Positions 48,707-60,695 of a stretch of 64,000 bases of DNA are shown piece after piece. The first letter of the stretch is position 1, and each line of letters opens with the position of its first letter. The notes under the pieces were generated by a model. That model saw nothing but the letters and a program-made list of their open reading frames with translations, ran no database searches and was not told the origin of the DNA. Both the position numbers and the translations under genes were made by a program. Source of the stretch: Chrysemys picta bellii (Eukaryota); contig NC_088803.1 of the NCBI RefSeq assembly GCF_011386835.1, positions 29,946,001 to 30,010,000 of the forward strand. Direction: 5' to 3'.

Positions 48707-48831
48707 TAGGGTGACCAGATATCCCGATTTTATAAGGACAGTCCCGATTGTTGGGTCTTTTTCTTATATAGGTTCCTATTACCCCCCCACTCCCTGTCCC
48801 AATTTTTCACACTTGCTGTCTGGTCACCCTA
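48707..48831. mobile_element. hAT (Tip100-like) MITE, 125 bp
   Basis: TIRs TAGGGTGACCAGA / TCTGGTCACCCTA; perfect TSD GGTGTAAA. Confidence 0.92.
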
Positions 48832-49302
48832 GGTGTAAACCAGTGTAGCTTCACTGAAGGCAAGGTACACCGTCTCATGACCTGTCCCTATGTCTTTTCC
48901 TACTCTCTGAACCAACGTTGTGGGGATAGAGATCCTGTGCAATTTCACACACCTAGGGTTAGTTTAGAATGACTGGGGAACAACCAACCACTCAATTCCT
49001 CCACCTTATCTTCATCTTCCCCATTTTTCTCCTCCTGCTCCCTGCTTCCCAACCTCCCTCTCCCAAGGTGCCCAACCTCTGCCCAAATGAGGGCAGCACT
49101 GATAACTTCCCATGAGGCTGAAGGTCACACTCAGCTGGAAAAAATGAAGGAGATGGCACCCCAACCCATCTTCAACATGGATGCTGGAAGGCCCAAAATG
49201 CAATGCTCCAGGTTAGATATGGATGCCATCATTAGAATTCCTTGGACCACCCTGGGATTGACACTGGAGCACCTGGGTGCAAAGGAGCCCAGAGCTGGTT
49301 AC

Positions 49303-49520
49303 CTGTGTGCAGTGCTCTGCTCACTCAGGGACTGTTGGGTGGCCTTGAGGTAACTCTGCCTCCGAGCCGCAGTTTTCGGGGACGGTTTGGGGCTGGTTTC
49401 TGAATCTTCGCTGTCGTCGTCCCCCATGGCTTTGATGTAGCTCCCGCTCCGCATGCGCCGGCACGGGATCTCGTTGTCTTTGTCCCGAGACAGCGTATTG
49501 TTCCACTCTCCCTGAGGCAC
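49303..49520 (-). CDS. DLGAP4: DLGAP4 coding exon 2 (218 nt, phase 0 to 2): VPQGEWNNTLSRDKDNEIPCRRMRSGSYIKAMGD...AARRQSYLKATQQSLSEQSTAH(R)
   Basis: Acceptor GTTCTTCCAG|GTG and donor AG|GTAACC. Contains the GKAP-family PSD-95 GK-binding repeats RMRSGSYIKA and RRQSYLKA. Confidence 0.96.
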
Positions 49521-52500
49521 CTGGAAGAACAATGCAGCACCTTGACGGTCTGTGTCTAGGAAGGAAGGAACCTCTGGGAGGAAGAGGAACATGGGAGTTG
49601 GAGGAACCATAGCAGGCCCCTCAAGTCCGGTATCCTGGCTCCAGCCAGGGCTAATAGGTGATGCATCAGAGGAATGGAGAAAACCCCACATACTAATATG
49701 TACCTGGCCAGCTATGCTATGTTGTGCATGGGCAAAACAAGTCCTTTCTGACTCCTAGAGTCATCACCTTATGCCATGAAGCATGAAGTTTGATTACGCA
49801 TGTCTTAGCATGTAGCATTACACCAGTTAGCCAGCCCTTCCTTAAGCCCAGCTACCTGACTTCCTGAGGCAGAAAATGCTGCAGGCTGGCCTCACACTGC
49901 AGATGAGATTCACCCTTGTGCAACAGGCCAGCACCTCCTGAGTCCCACCGGAGCCTGATTGGGTTAGCATGGTGTGCCGAGAGTGTGCTGGGCCCTCAGC
50001 GCCTCGGTGAATTGCAGCTGGACTGAAAAAATAGTTTGCTTTTATGAATACTGCATGTCCTGGCCACTGATTTAATGGAGTGATGCTCTCTTGTTCTCTT
50101 GCTCTGGGACTGGATACAGGGCTGCAGTGGTCTTCACCAACAGCCCTAAATTGGCAACTAATGCTTGATTCATGGAGCTGTCAGTGGACTAAAACCTGAG
50201 ATGAGACAGATGCAAGGAGAATAAAGGCCATTGGCTTCGGGGGAATCTCACTTTCTAATATCCCCTAACAATCACAGATTTCCAGCTGAAAGGCTCAGTT
50301 CTGCCATCTTTAGGTTGATTAATACCTTACTAGACAAACAGTCCCACTGAAATCAATGGGGGTAAGGGAGGCTGAATTGGACTTGAGAGCTCCTGATGGT
50401 GGCCAAAGCCTTCTAACAAGGAAAACTATAGGGCTTACTAGACAGAGAAGGTGGTCCTGTGGATAAGGCACTGGCCTTGGACTCAGGACACCTAGATTCA
50501 ATTTCCTGCTGTACCACAGACTTCCTGCATCACCTTGGGCAAGTCACTTTGTGTCTCAGTTCCTCACCTGTAACATTTCCCCATCCTTTGTCTTTCCTTT
50601 TGATTGCAAGCTCTTTGGGGTGTATTTGCAGTGTGTACTTGCAGCACCCAGGACAATGGGGCTCTGGTGTTCTGGGGGCTGCTACGTACTACCACAATGT
50701 AAATAAAGAATAGATTGGACCTGGGCCGAGGAGCCAGGAACTCCTGAGTTCGGACTCCAGCTCTTCCTTACAGAAATGTGCATGACCATAACCTTCTCAA
50801 GCCCTACAGGCAGCATTGCTGCTGCTGTAAGCTGCTGGGCTGGGACCAGTACTGGAGAGTAGTGAAGTGCTGCCATTGGCCTTGTGCAAGTCACTGCACC
50901 TGAGCTGGTGAGTCTGCCTCTGTAGAAGAGCGAGTCCTATTTACCTACCGCCAGGCTGCTGGGAGGATTAAGCAGTTAATGTTTGCTCAGCGATTGGAAA
51001 TGCCAAGTGCGGTATCATGGCTAAGTGCTGTCAAACCCAAGGGCTAATCTGAAGCAATGCTCCTTTTCTTGTTTGCATCCTCCAACCCAAAAGCCTCGCT
51101 GCAGGAGAATGAGCTTTTCTCTTTAAATCCCCTAGGGATGTTTGTGTGCTCTAATCAATACCTGTGACACAGGAGTTCTCAACGTGGGGCCATGAACAGG
51201 CACGGGGATCACGGCCACCCCATCCTCCCCATATTGCTAAACAGGAGGGGGGGATCCTGGGGTGGGAAGGTTTGAGAGCTGCTGTTTTAACCAGGCGCTG
51301 ATGCCATTTGCTCGGGCAGCATTGCTACTGTTGGCATTTTCTCACTCCACTTTGTGACCACAAGCAGCCAGGTTCCTAGTCAGGCGGCTTGCCAGGCTCA
51401 CTATCTTTTTTTACTGAAAAAACAGACTGAGCCCTGGCATGGCCCCTTTGGGTAGCCGGTGGGAACTCAGGGGCCTTATGGAGAGCAACAAGCTTAAGGG
51501 GGAAAGAGAACCGAGATAGGGACTCAGGAATTGTCAGAGCAGATCAGTCCAATGGCCCGTCTCGGCTGGATCTGGTGTCCAAAGACCAGCTGCCTTCAAG
51601 AAAAGGGAAGATGCAGGAAAGCTCCAAATGGCCCAGGATGCATTAAGCTGATCTTGGGGCACTGCTGCCTGCCCCCGGCAGTTACCAAGTGGCCTATGCC
51701 TGGTGCAGGAGGGTGGAGATTGTTATGGGGCAGATGTTATGGGGTACTATTATCACCCATATACAGTCTAATCCCTGGCGTGTCTCTTTACAGCTGGGCA
51801 AAGGGCACCCCAGGCCCAGCACAGCGTGTCAGTGCAGAAGGCTGCCTTGGACCCAAATCATTGGGAGGGTTGGGCTGGATAATGCACCATGAGGTGCCCC
51901 ACAGCTTCTACTGGGGGCTCCGGCTGAAATCCCAGCAGAGTCACTGGCAAAACTCCCATGAAATCCAGCCCAGCCAGGCCCAACTCCCTGAGGGGGTGAG
52001 CAGGCCCCGGCGGTTATTCCATGCTGGGTCCCTCCCCATCAGAGAGGCAGAGGCCCAGAGCCAGAGAGGGCATCGTTTGTGCCACAGGAGGCCAAGGCTG
52101 GGGGAGTAGAGGCCTCTCCAGGCCCTCACTTTGGGGTGGGGTTTGGTTCCAGGTTTCTTGGCCTTCCTGAGACTCCCAGGCCCTCTCTGTCCGTTCCCCC
52201 CAAAACCCACTCCCCTCCCTCCCCTCCGCCGATCCTTACTGGGTTCATCCAGTTGTTTGGTATGCTGCCTCCTGAGGAGATGCTCAGCTGCTGCCACAGC
52301 ATTGGGCTCTGTGCCGAATCCCTGCTGGAGACCAAGCTGAGGCTGCCCAACTCCCCACACTTGTGACACATTCAGTGCAAACCTCCAATGGGGAGAGGTT
52401 TGTGTGTCACCCGCCTCAGCCCCAATTGTTAGCTCTGCCTCAGGAGGTGCTTTGCTCTGTGACCTGCACCCCAGCTCCATGCTCTGGCTCGGGGTGTGTG

Positions 52501-53658
52501 CCCCAGGGCAGGATGGCCATCCAGACAGACCACAGGGCAGAGAGGCTATTGGGGAGTGGCCACTGGCTCCAGAACATGCTGCTGCTACCTGTGTGTCCCT
52601 GGGGATGGTGAGCTGGCTCTGGTGACAGATTATCCTAATAACAGCCCTGTTCTTCTCAAATCACCGCTGGGGTGATTGGCTTTGACCTTTCCTAATGAAG
52701 GTGACAAGAGGCTTCTGGAAGCACTTTTACACTGGCCGCCTCCGAGTCACGTCTGACTGGAGATTGGATTTCTCCGCCTGCCTTGTCCTCACCTTGTTAA
52801 TTGCACGTCAGGAGCACTCACCCGCCTGGCACTGACAGCACTCACGGCGCCAGTCTGCACAGCTGCGTGCCCACCGCGGGCTGGCAGGTCGGGAGCAGGG
52901 GGAGTCCAAAACCCAGCTGAGGAAATGGAAATGTTCCTTTCTCGGCTTGCTACCTGCCCTGGACACATGGTGGGAATGCAAAGCAGGGGAGGGCCCATGC
53001 CAAGAGACAGCTAATTACCCACCCTGATGGACAAATGCAGGCGCCTGAATGTAGAGCCTCGAGACCCCAACCAAGATCAAAGCTTCATAGTGCTAAGTAC
53101 ATACATCCTGTGAGAGACGGTCCCTGCCTCAGAGAGCTTCCAGCTTGGTAAGGCAAAGGCTGGGAGAAAGGAAGGATTGCTGGCCCCACTCTACAGGTGG
53201 GAGCTGCAGCACAGAGAGGTTAAAGCCATGATTTTCCAAACTGACTTGTGATTTTGGGTGCCCAACCTGAGACACCTTAAAGGGGCCTGAATTTCCAAAG
53301 GCAGCTGCTCGGCACTTTCTGAACTCCCTCTAGGATGTATTGGGCTCGCACCATCACAAGTCACTGGAAAATCTTGACCTATGTGACTCACTCATACTCA
53401 CCCTACAGGTCCAGTGGGAGGGTAGGGATAAGAACTCAGGTCCCTGGTCTAAGCACTACCTCATGCTGTGTCAGAATCGGCTCCTAGCTAGGCTTGTGCA
53501 GTGCAAGCTAACATGGCACCATATGCAGTTGGATATTCTGAGACGCCAACTGAGTAATTTTCTTGAACTCTACTGCCCATTGCCAAAGCCATGTGAAAAA
53601 CCATCAATGCCAGAACACCAACACGATATATTTCCTATGAAGCACTGTCCTATTGAGA

Positions 53659-53887
53659 ACTTGTGGCACCTTAGAGACTAACAAATTTATTTGAGCATAA
53701 GCTTTCGTGGGCTACAGCCCACTTCTTCGGATGCATAGAATGGATCTATGCATCCGAAGAAGTGGACTGTAGCCCACGAAAGCTTATGCTCAAATAAATT
53801 TGTTAGTCTCTAAGGTGCCACAAGTACTCCTGTTCTTTTTGCGGATACAGACTAACACGGCTGCTACTCTGAAACCTGTCCTATTGA
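53659..53887. mobile_element. Penelope-like element end in inverted (fold-back) arrangement
   Basis: 81-bp arms at 53659-53739 and 53745-53825 with a 5-nt spacer and 1 mismatch; tail to GAAACCTGTC; 12-bp direct repeat CTGTCCTATTGA at 53645-53656 and 53876-53887. Confidence 0.85.
53754..53791 (+). ncRNA. Minimal type-I hammerhead-ribozyme-like motif (mirror copy on minus strand, 53730-53693)
   Basis: CCGAAGA-A-[GUGGAC UGUA GCCCAC]-GAAA-GC UUAU GC-UC. U4 is C, there is an extra A, and no obvious stem I. Activity untested. Confidence 0.5.
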
Positions 53888-55769
53888 CAATCTCCATCGA
53901 CTTCACTGAAGAGAAACTAATGGACACACTGCAGCAACCATCCACTTCTAGTCAGGTTGTCTGTCTCTTGTTCCACCCGCGCACACACACTACTTTGTGT
54001 CCCGCAAAAGCAGAAATCCAGATGCAAAGGTCAAAGCCATCTCAAGGTGCTCAAACGACCAATTGAGGGGCATCGAAGGCAAAAAGCTCTTTTGATGGAA
54101 ATCGGTTGAATTTGATGCACCAGAGTGGAACAAACAGATTTAGCTGTTAGTGACTGCACGAGGTCAGTAGAAAGCTCCTGCTCAGATTCCCAGACATCAC
54201 TCGCTGGCAGAGTGGCAGGTTTTTTTAAAGGATTTAGGCACCTAAAGATTCAGGTAGGTGCCTAGTGGGATTTTCAAACATGCCTAGGCACCTCAGGTGG
54301 CTTTGAGAATCCCACTGAGCAACTGTCTGCATCCAAATTCCTTTAAAAACCTGGCTCACGTCCTCTAAAGCTCTGCTCTCTTGAGACATGGATGAAGATC
54401 CGGGCCCAGATCCTCAGCTCACGTAAACGGATGCAGCACTGCTGAAATCTACGCTGACTGACAACAGCTGAGAATCTGGCCCCTAGGCGCAGCCTCTAGT
54501 GTTAAAGAAAACATGATAAGGAAACAGAGCTCCGGTGCCCTAAACCAGCAGACGCTGCCGGACAAACAAGCTGGCATTCATTGGGGTTCTCTGTTACACC
54601 ATCTTGTTCCTGCTTCCATGTCAATATGAAAAGCAGGGCTGATGCTCCTCTCACTTATACTGGAGTAAATCAGGAGGAACTCTACAGAGGTCAGTGACAT
54701 AGACTCATAGACTTAAGGTCAGAAGAGACCATCGTGATCATCTAGTCTGACCTCCTGCACATCGCAGGCCACAGCACCTTGCCCAGCCACTGCTGTAATA
54801 GACCTCTAACCTCTGGCTGAGTCACTGACATTCTCACATCATGATTTAAAGACTTCAACGTACAGAGAATCCACCAGTTACACTAGTTTAAGCCTGCAAG
54901 TAACCTGTGGCTCATGCATGAATTAGACCAGCCTGAAGGGGATGTTCTCCCAGCTGGGGATGATAATACCATCCAGGGGTGGCTGTGAGGTCTTTGACAG
55001 AAGGGTGCTAGGTTTTTTCTATTGCCCCTCACTTTGTACGTACCCCAGCACTGTCTGCAACTTACCATGGGCCCATCCCTGCTCCCACTGCAGTCCAGGC
55101 CGGTTTTGCCATTGACAGGAACAGGGGTTCAGTCAGGATCCAGGTGTTTAGCTAGCTGACAGGTCAGCTAGGGGCAAATCCTGATCCCAGTGACAAGCGG
55201 GAATGGCAAACGCCCAAGCACTCCCTGTGGAGCAGGGCCCCCGGTAAGTAATGGGAACTCCCATGGGATTTATGGCGTCACCCTTAGCTTCTTTTCCACT
55301 TCCTTGCCATCATTTGGCATCCCCTGGACGTGAACCCTAGACCCCAGAGAGGGGAGTCACACAAACGCTATTCTCCCTTGTAACCTGCAGCCTCGGCTCT
55401 CGCCTGCTGGCTGAAATCCTATCCTGGCGCTCGTGACCCTATCCCTGCAGAGCGCTGGGGCAAGCGGACCCATTCCAGCCATTCGGCTTCCGTGTTCTGT
55501 TTCTCAGGGAAATAGCCAAAGGATAATGAGTGGAGTGGGGAGGGGGCTTGGAACACTGCAGAGGGCTCCCCTGCCATGAGTCTGCCCAGAGCATTCCCTA
55601 ATCACCCAAACAAACAGAGCGTTAACATAAAGGGAAAGGCAGTGAAGTGGAAAATCCACCTTCCAGGCTGTGGGCATATACAGACGAGCCACTCTGTGAC
55701 CATTGCTTCAGCTGGAGCCAGCTAGATGGAGGAGTTTTAGGGACAACCAGCAATTCTGAAAGTACACGT

Positions 55770-56025
55770 ACACCACCCACACAAACATGCGCTCACACAC
55801 GTGCATCCCTGCCATGTTTACACGCACAGAAGCAGGCACACAAACACATGTACAGGTGCAAACATGCATACGGACATAGGGATGTATCACATACACAACA
55901 GCATGCACGTACACGCTCAAAGGAACACATGCCCAGACACAAATGCGCACGCATGCAAATATAAGCATGCACACATGTGTGCACACGCAAGTATTGAGGC
56001 GCATACATGTACATGCACACACATA
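55770..56025. repeat. Degenerate (CA/CG/TG) alternating purine-pyrimidine low-complexity tract
   Basis: Repeated ACAC, GCAC, ACATGC and GCGCAC motifs over about 250 bp. Confidence 0.8.
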
Positions 56026-56120
56026 GGTGGAGAGAATGGCTAAGGCTTCCTGTGGGAAACAAGCAGGAAGACACAAAGGGGCAGAGCCAAAGAGGGTTCA
56101 GCCTGGTTGCGGAGGGCAGG

Positions 56121-56310
56121 TAGGGTGACCAGGTGTCCGGTTTTCGACCGGAACACCCAGGCGAAAAGGGACCCTGGTGGCTCCGGTCAGCATTGCCGAC
56201 CGGGCCGTTAAAAGTCCGGTCAGCGGTGCTGTGGAGCCAAGTCAGGCTAGTCCCTACTTGTCCTGGGGCACCGCGCTGCGCCTTGGAAGTGGCCAGCAGG
56301 TCCGGCTCCG
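56121..56310 (+). mobile_element. Truncated hAT (Tip100-like) element, left end only
   Basis: TAGGGTGACCAGGTGTCCGGTTTTCGACCGGAAC terminus, CpG-rich; no right TIR seen. Confidence 0.6.
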
Positions 56311-59300
56311 GGGGGGAGAGGGGGAGAGGGAGAAAGGAAGATGGACGCCTACTCCCAGCCTCATGCTTCAGTCCCAGACTCAGTCTCTGGGAGGAAGCTT
56401 GGTTCCTTCTGCCCACAAGCAACTCTCTGCCCAAGGAGAAGCTGACATGCTTTGTCAGGTCCCACCTTCCCCAGTGGTCAGCTCGCCTCCAGACTTGGTG
56501 GCTAATGCAGTCCCTGTGGGTTTAACCCTTCCTGGCTCAGCTGAGGACAGGGTATATCCCCTGGCCAGAGAGTCCATCAAGCCCTTTGGGATCCTTACTG
56601 AGGAATCCTCCACACTGCCAGCCCACCTCTCAGTCACTACATGCTTTATGCCCATGGGCAGGCAGGGAGAGGGACTGGCCCAGGGTCATACAGTCAGTCT
56701 ACAGAAGAGCTCTCCTGGCTCCCGGGCAGCGCTCTAGCCCCTGGGCCGTGCACACGGTTGTCTGGGACACTGGGTGTTTGTGGCCCTGGCTTAGTTGTCA
56801 GCAGGGACGCCAATCCAAAGCATCCCAAACTGTACGTCTGCAGTCAAAGGCACCAGACAAGATAAAACGCTGGTGGGTAACATCTCACTTCTGCTTAATC
56901 TCAGCCACTGAGCGTTCATAAATAAAAGAGGCTGGAGAAGTGCTGGCTGCAGCTCCTGATTGGCTTGGGAGCTCCCTGCTTCATCTGGGCCCATCAATGT
57001 TATCCCGACCCCAGGGGGTGGGGGACTGAAGCTGCTGATCAACCTGCGCTTGCATGCCGCCGAGCCCAGAACAACAGCAACATGCAGCCCCTCGCTTTGG
57101 ACACTTGTAGTCAATGTTCAATGCCTGCTTAATGGCTCCGGATGCCTCTCATTGCAGTAAAGCTTCTTCGGTTCCTCCTCCAGGCCTGCCTCCTACCCCA
57201 GACACAGAGCCCTTCTTGTAACAGGACAGCCAGGTGCACAAGAAACAACCTCTACTTACAGTGCTGCAGGATGGGAACCTGCTGCTGCATGCAGCCATGT
57301 CAGGGTGGGGGAAACACCCCCCCTCTCCTAAACAGGAAGTAAGAGAAGGGTAGAGCATAGCTCTAGCCCATAATACTCTGAGTCACCCCATTAACTCCTT
57401 GATGACCACTTTACTACAGTCCTCCTAGCCAGTGGGGGAGAGGAGTGGAGGGGCAACAGGTAGGAATCAGTCATCAGGGAGCATCCCTCTGCACCTGACA
57501 ACTCATTTGTCACCAGTGTGGGGCCAATGATGTAGCCCTGCATCCACAGGTCTCACCCGGGGCCTGCTCCAGGGCCAATGGAAAGAGTCCCATGGACTTT
57601 GATGGGAGCCGGATCAGGCACCGGCAGCTGGGTAAAAGCTCTGAAGGGGCAGAGGAACACCCGGCAACATGGCTGTGGAGCTGACCCTCACCCAAAGCCG
57701 TTGGGTCTGGAACCCTCAGGAGGACTAGCTTCCTGGTGAGACTTTGGGGCCCTTCTGGCCAGGCTGTGAATGGCTCCAGGCCGGGCTCCTAGTGTTTGGG
57801 GGCCCTGTGTCCGGACCTGGCAGCGCAGAGCGTAACATGCTGAACTGAAGGGCAAGGGGAAGGTTTAAAAAAATTCAGTGACCTTTTTCAGTGCTCAAAC
57901 CAGGCCTGTGCCAGGGCTCAAGATAGGGGCTTGGTGTAGCCACACTGTTTCCCACGCCTCCCCCCAGTAACTGCTCCTTAGTTTTTGGGGCAGATAGCTC
58001 AGGTTTGAAATTTCTCCTCTGGAGACCCTCTTGAGCCCAAACCCCAGACCTGCACACCCTCGAGCTGTGGGGAAGCTTGGCTCTGGGTCTGGACTCTGGA
58101 GCCTGGCTTTGCTCCTTGGGCCCATTTCCAGTTTTAACCACGACTCCTGCAAGGCACAGCTGCCTTCCGGCCTGAGTTTGGGGCGTGCAGAGCTCCTTTG
58201 AGAGCCAGGGAGATGTCACCAGCTCTGCCGCCCAGCCGCTGGAGAGAGGCACACGAGGGCAGGGCACACGGTAGGGAACTGGACAGCAGGGTCTGTTTGG
58301 ATTTTGCACATGTGCTTGACAGAGGATGCTCCGCCCTGCCTTTTGGTGTTCAATGCATGACCGTCCCTTCCTGAGAAAGACTAGCCAGAGCTCTCGGCAC
58401 TGCTGATCACCTAGCCGTTCACCTAGGTTACATGGGGGACGCGACCCTCTCCCGCCCACTAGATCTCCCTGAGAGGGCGGTGGAGGAATTGGCTGGTTGA
58501 GTGCACAGGGCTTGGAGCAGACTCTTCCCCTGGGTTGGCTTTGCAGAGGGTCATGCTTGGAATTTGGGGTTGGAACCCCAAAAGCCCAAAGGGAAACTCA
58601 TCCTAAACCACTAGGCTTTGCCTGGCTTTGGGAAGGAGGTCGTGGAGGGAATGCACATAACCACCAAGTCTCACCTACTGCTACCTGAACACACACAGAT
58701 CGCCCAGGGCCACTCCACGCTCAGCCGAGTTTGCCAGTGAACTTACAGAGCACAGTTTGGTAACAGCTTTCGTACCACACCTCTGCTCCGAGCCCTTCCT
58801 GATGCAAGGTCCCGGGTCTCTCTCGTGTCAAAGTCAGATTCAGCCCACGAATTTCATTTCCATAGGAAGTGTAGGAAGTAAATCCCAGATCCTAGGCTGA
58901 TACTATCTAGCAGTGCAAGGAGCAGCCCCTCGGTGCTCGCTGGCTGGTGGGATGTGGCCCTAGCTGCTGCTGCTCAGACAGTTGCAGGGACAGCATCTGT
59001 CCCTGTACGGGCAATGCCCTGAAGCTATCCTGCCAGGTTTAGAGCCCTCTAGATTCTGTGCCTTGGGCAGCTGCCTACACAGACTGGAGTGGGACTAAGG
59101 AACCATGTCCCAGCTGCTGTGACTCCATCAGCTTCTGTGGAACTGCGCTGATTTATACCAGCCGAAGCTCTGGGCTGCCCGCCTCCTCTCTGGGCTGGAG
59201 ACACAGTTGTGGCCACAACCCCGGGTCAGATTCTCAAGCAATTCAGGAGCGGTTCATTATTTATTTCACAAAGTAATGCTTTCTTTTACCCTGAGATCCT

Positions 59301-60695
59301 CTCGCAGGCCAAACTTCCAGTGAAGTGGTAATAACTTAGTATGGGCCTGGAAGATCTGGCCAGCTGACTTCAGGAGGGCTGGTGGCTGGGAGCCCGGGTG
59401 TGTTGGAGTAGTTTCCATTTCTCTCTGTTATTTCATTCTGTTCTCATCTGCACACCGCATGGGGATTTCCCCATGTTGAGTATTGAGCATTGGGTGGCTT
59501 GGAGTATTCTGTGGCTGCCTATTTAACCCGGTAACACTTTAACACAAAGGAAAACAACTAACGACATTCCTGATCCAATAAATTCCTCAGTAATTTGATT
59601 TGCGGGAAGTGGAAAGCAAGGCTCGAGGAGCAGGCTGCTTTTCAATAATTAATTGCGCCTTGAACACCACAAACCCACTGCCAGAAGAGCCACTGATGCC
59701 CCTGTGTTAAAAATGCACTCCTGTGATTTACAAACATGGCCCAGCTGATTACGCCCCCCGGGCCTGGACTTTTATTTGTATTCCCCTGTCTAAGCATGTG
59801 TTAGGTTTTGTGTTCTTAAGTGGCGCCTGTTGAAATATTGACCTGTGTCTAAACATCCTTATGCAATGATCCACCACAATTTGAACCTGGGACCCTTCGA
59901 CATTAAATTGTCAGCTGCTACCACTTGAGCTAGAGGACTAACTGGTGGTAGTAGTAGGCTTTTATCTTTTTATGTGGATTAGCCACTTAGGGAAACCGCA
60001 TAGTGAACCGGTGGTTTATAGTGCTGGTCCTGAACAGGTGTGTCATTGTGGCACAAATCAGATGCCCCTTTATGGAACATTTGGCTTGTGGTAAATTATT
60101 GTCATTGTATTGCAGTGGGACCTAGCAGCAGCCCCACTCCTGGACCAAGCGCCCACTGGACTAGATGCTGTACAGACACAGATCACATCGAGTTAGTTTT
60201 AGGGATAGGTGCATCCTAGTGAGCTGAGCATAGAACTGGGTCATTTTCCTGGCAACAGAGCTTTGCTCTGAAGAGTCACATTTGCAATGGGCTTTGGGCA
60301 TGAAAAAGATAATGGAAGGTGCATCTGAATCTGGCCAGGGAGCCAACCCCTTCTGGACAAGCAATCTTGTGGGCACCCTGGGCACACATGACTGCTCCAA
60401 TGCCCTTTGCAGGTATGCTTTGAAAGGCTGGTGGCGTATTCGACTCAGACTTCACCTGCAGTTGCTGTTTCTTCCCCCTGGTAACACCCCAGTGGGCTGC
60501 TCTGTAAATGATTCTGTTATAAAGTGGGAGGGGAGAAATCAGAATGACTTGTGCTGATGGCTAAAGTAGCAGGAGAGGATTAATTTTTTGGTCAGACCAA
60601 AGCAGTGCCCAGGGCTCACTGAGCTAGAGCCCTCCTTACCAAGTGGAACATCACCCCCAGCAGAGACCAGAAGCAAACCCCAGTGCGGCACCCAC

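Noticed and set aside
55647-56434. ORFs of 105-213 aa
   Set aside because: They are translations of the CA-rich tract and a truncated hAT element.
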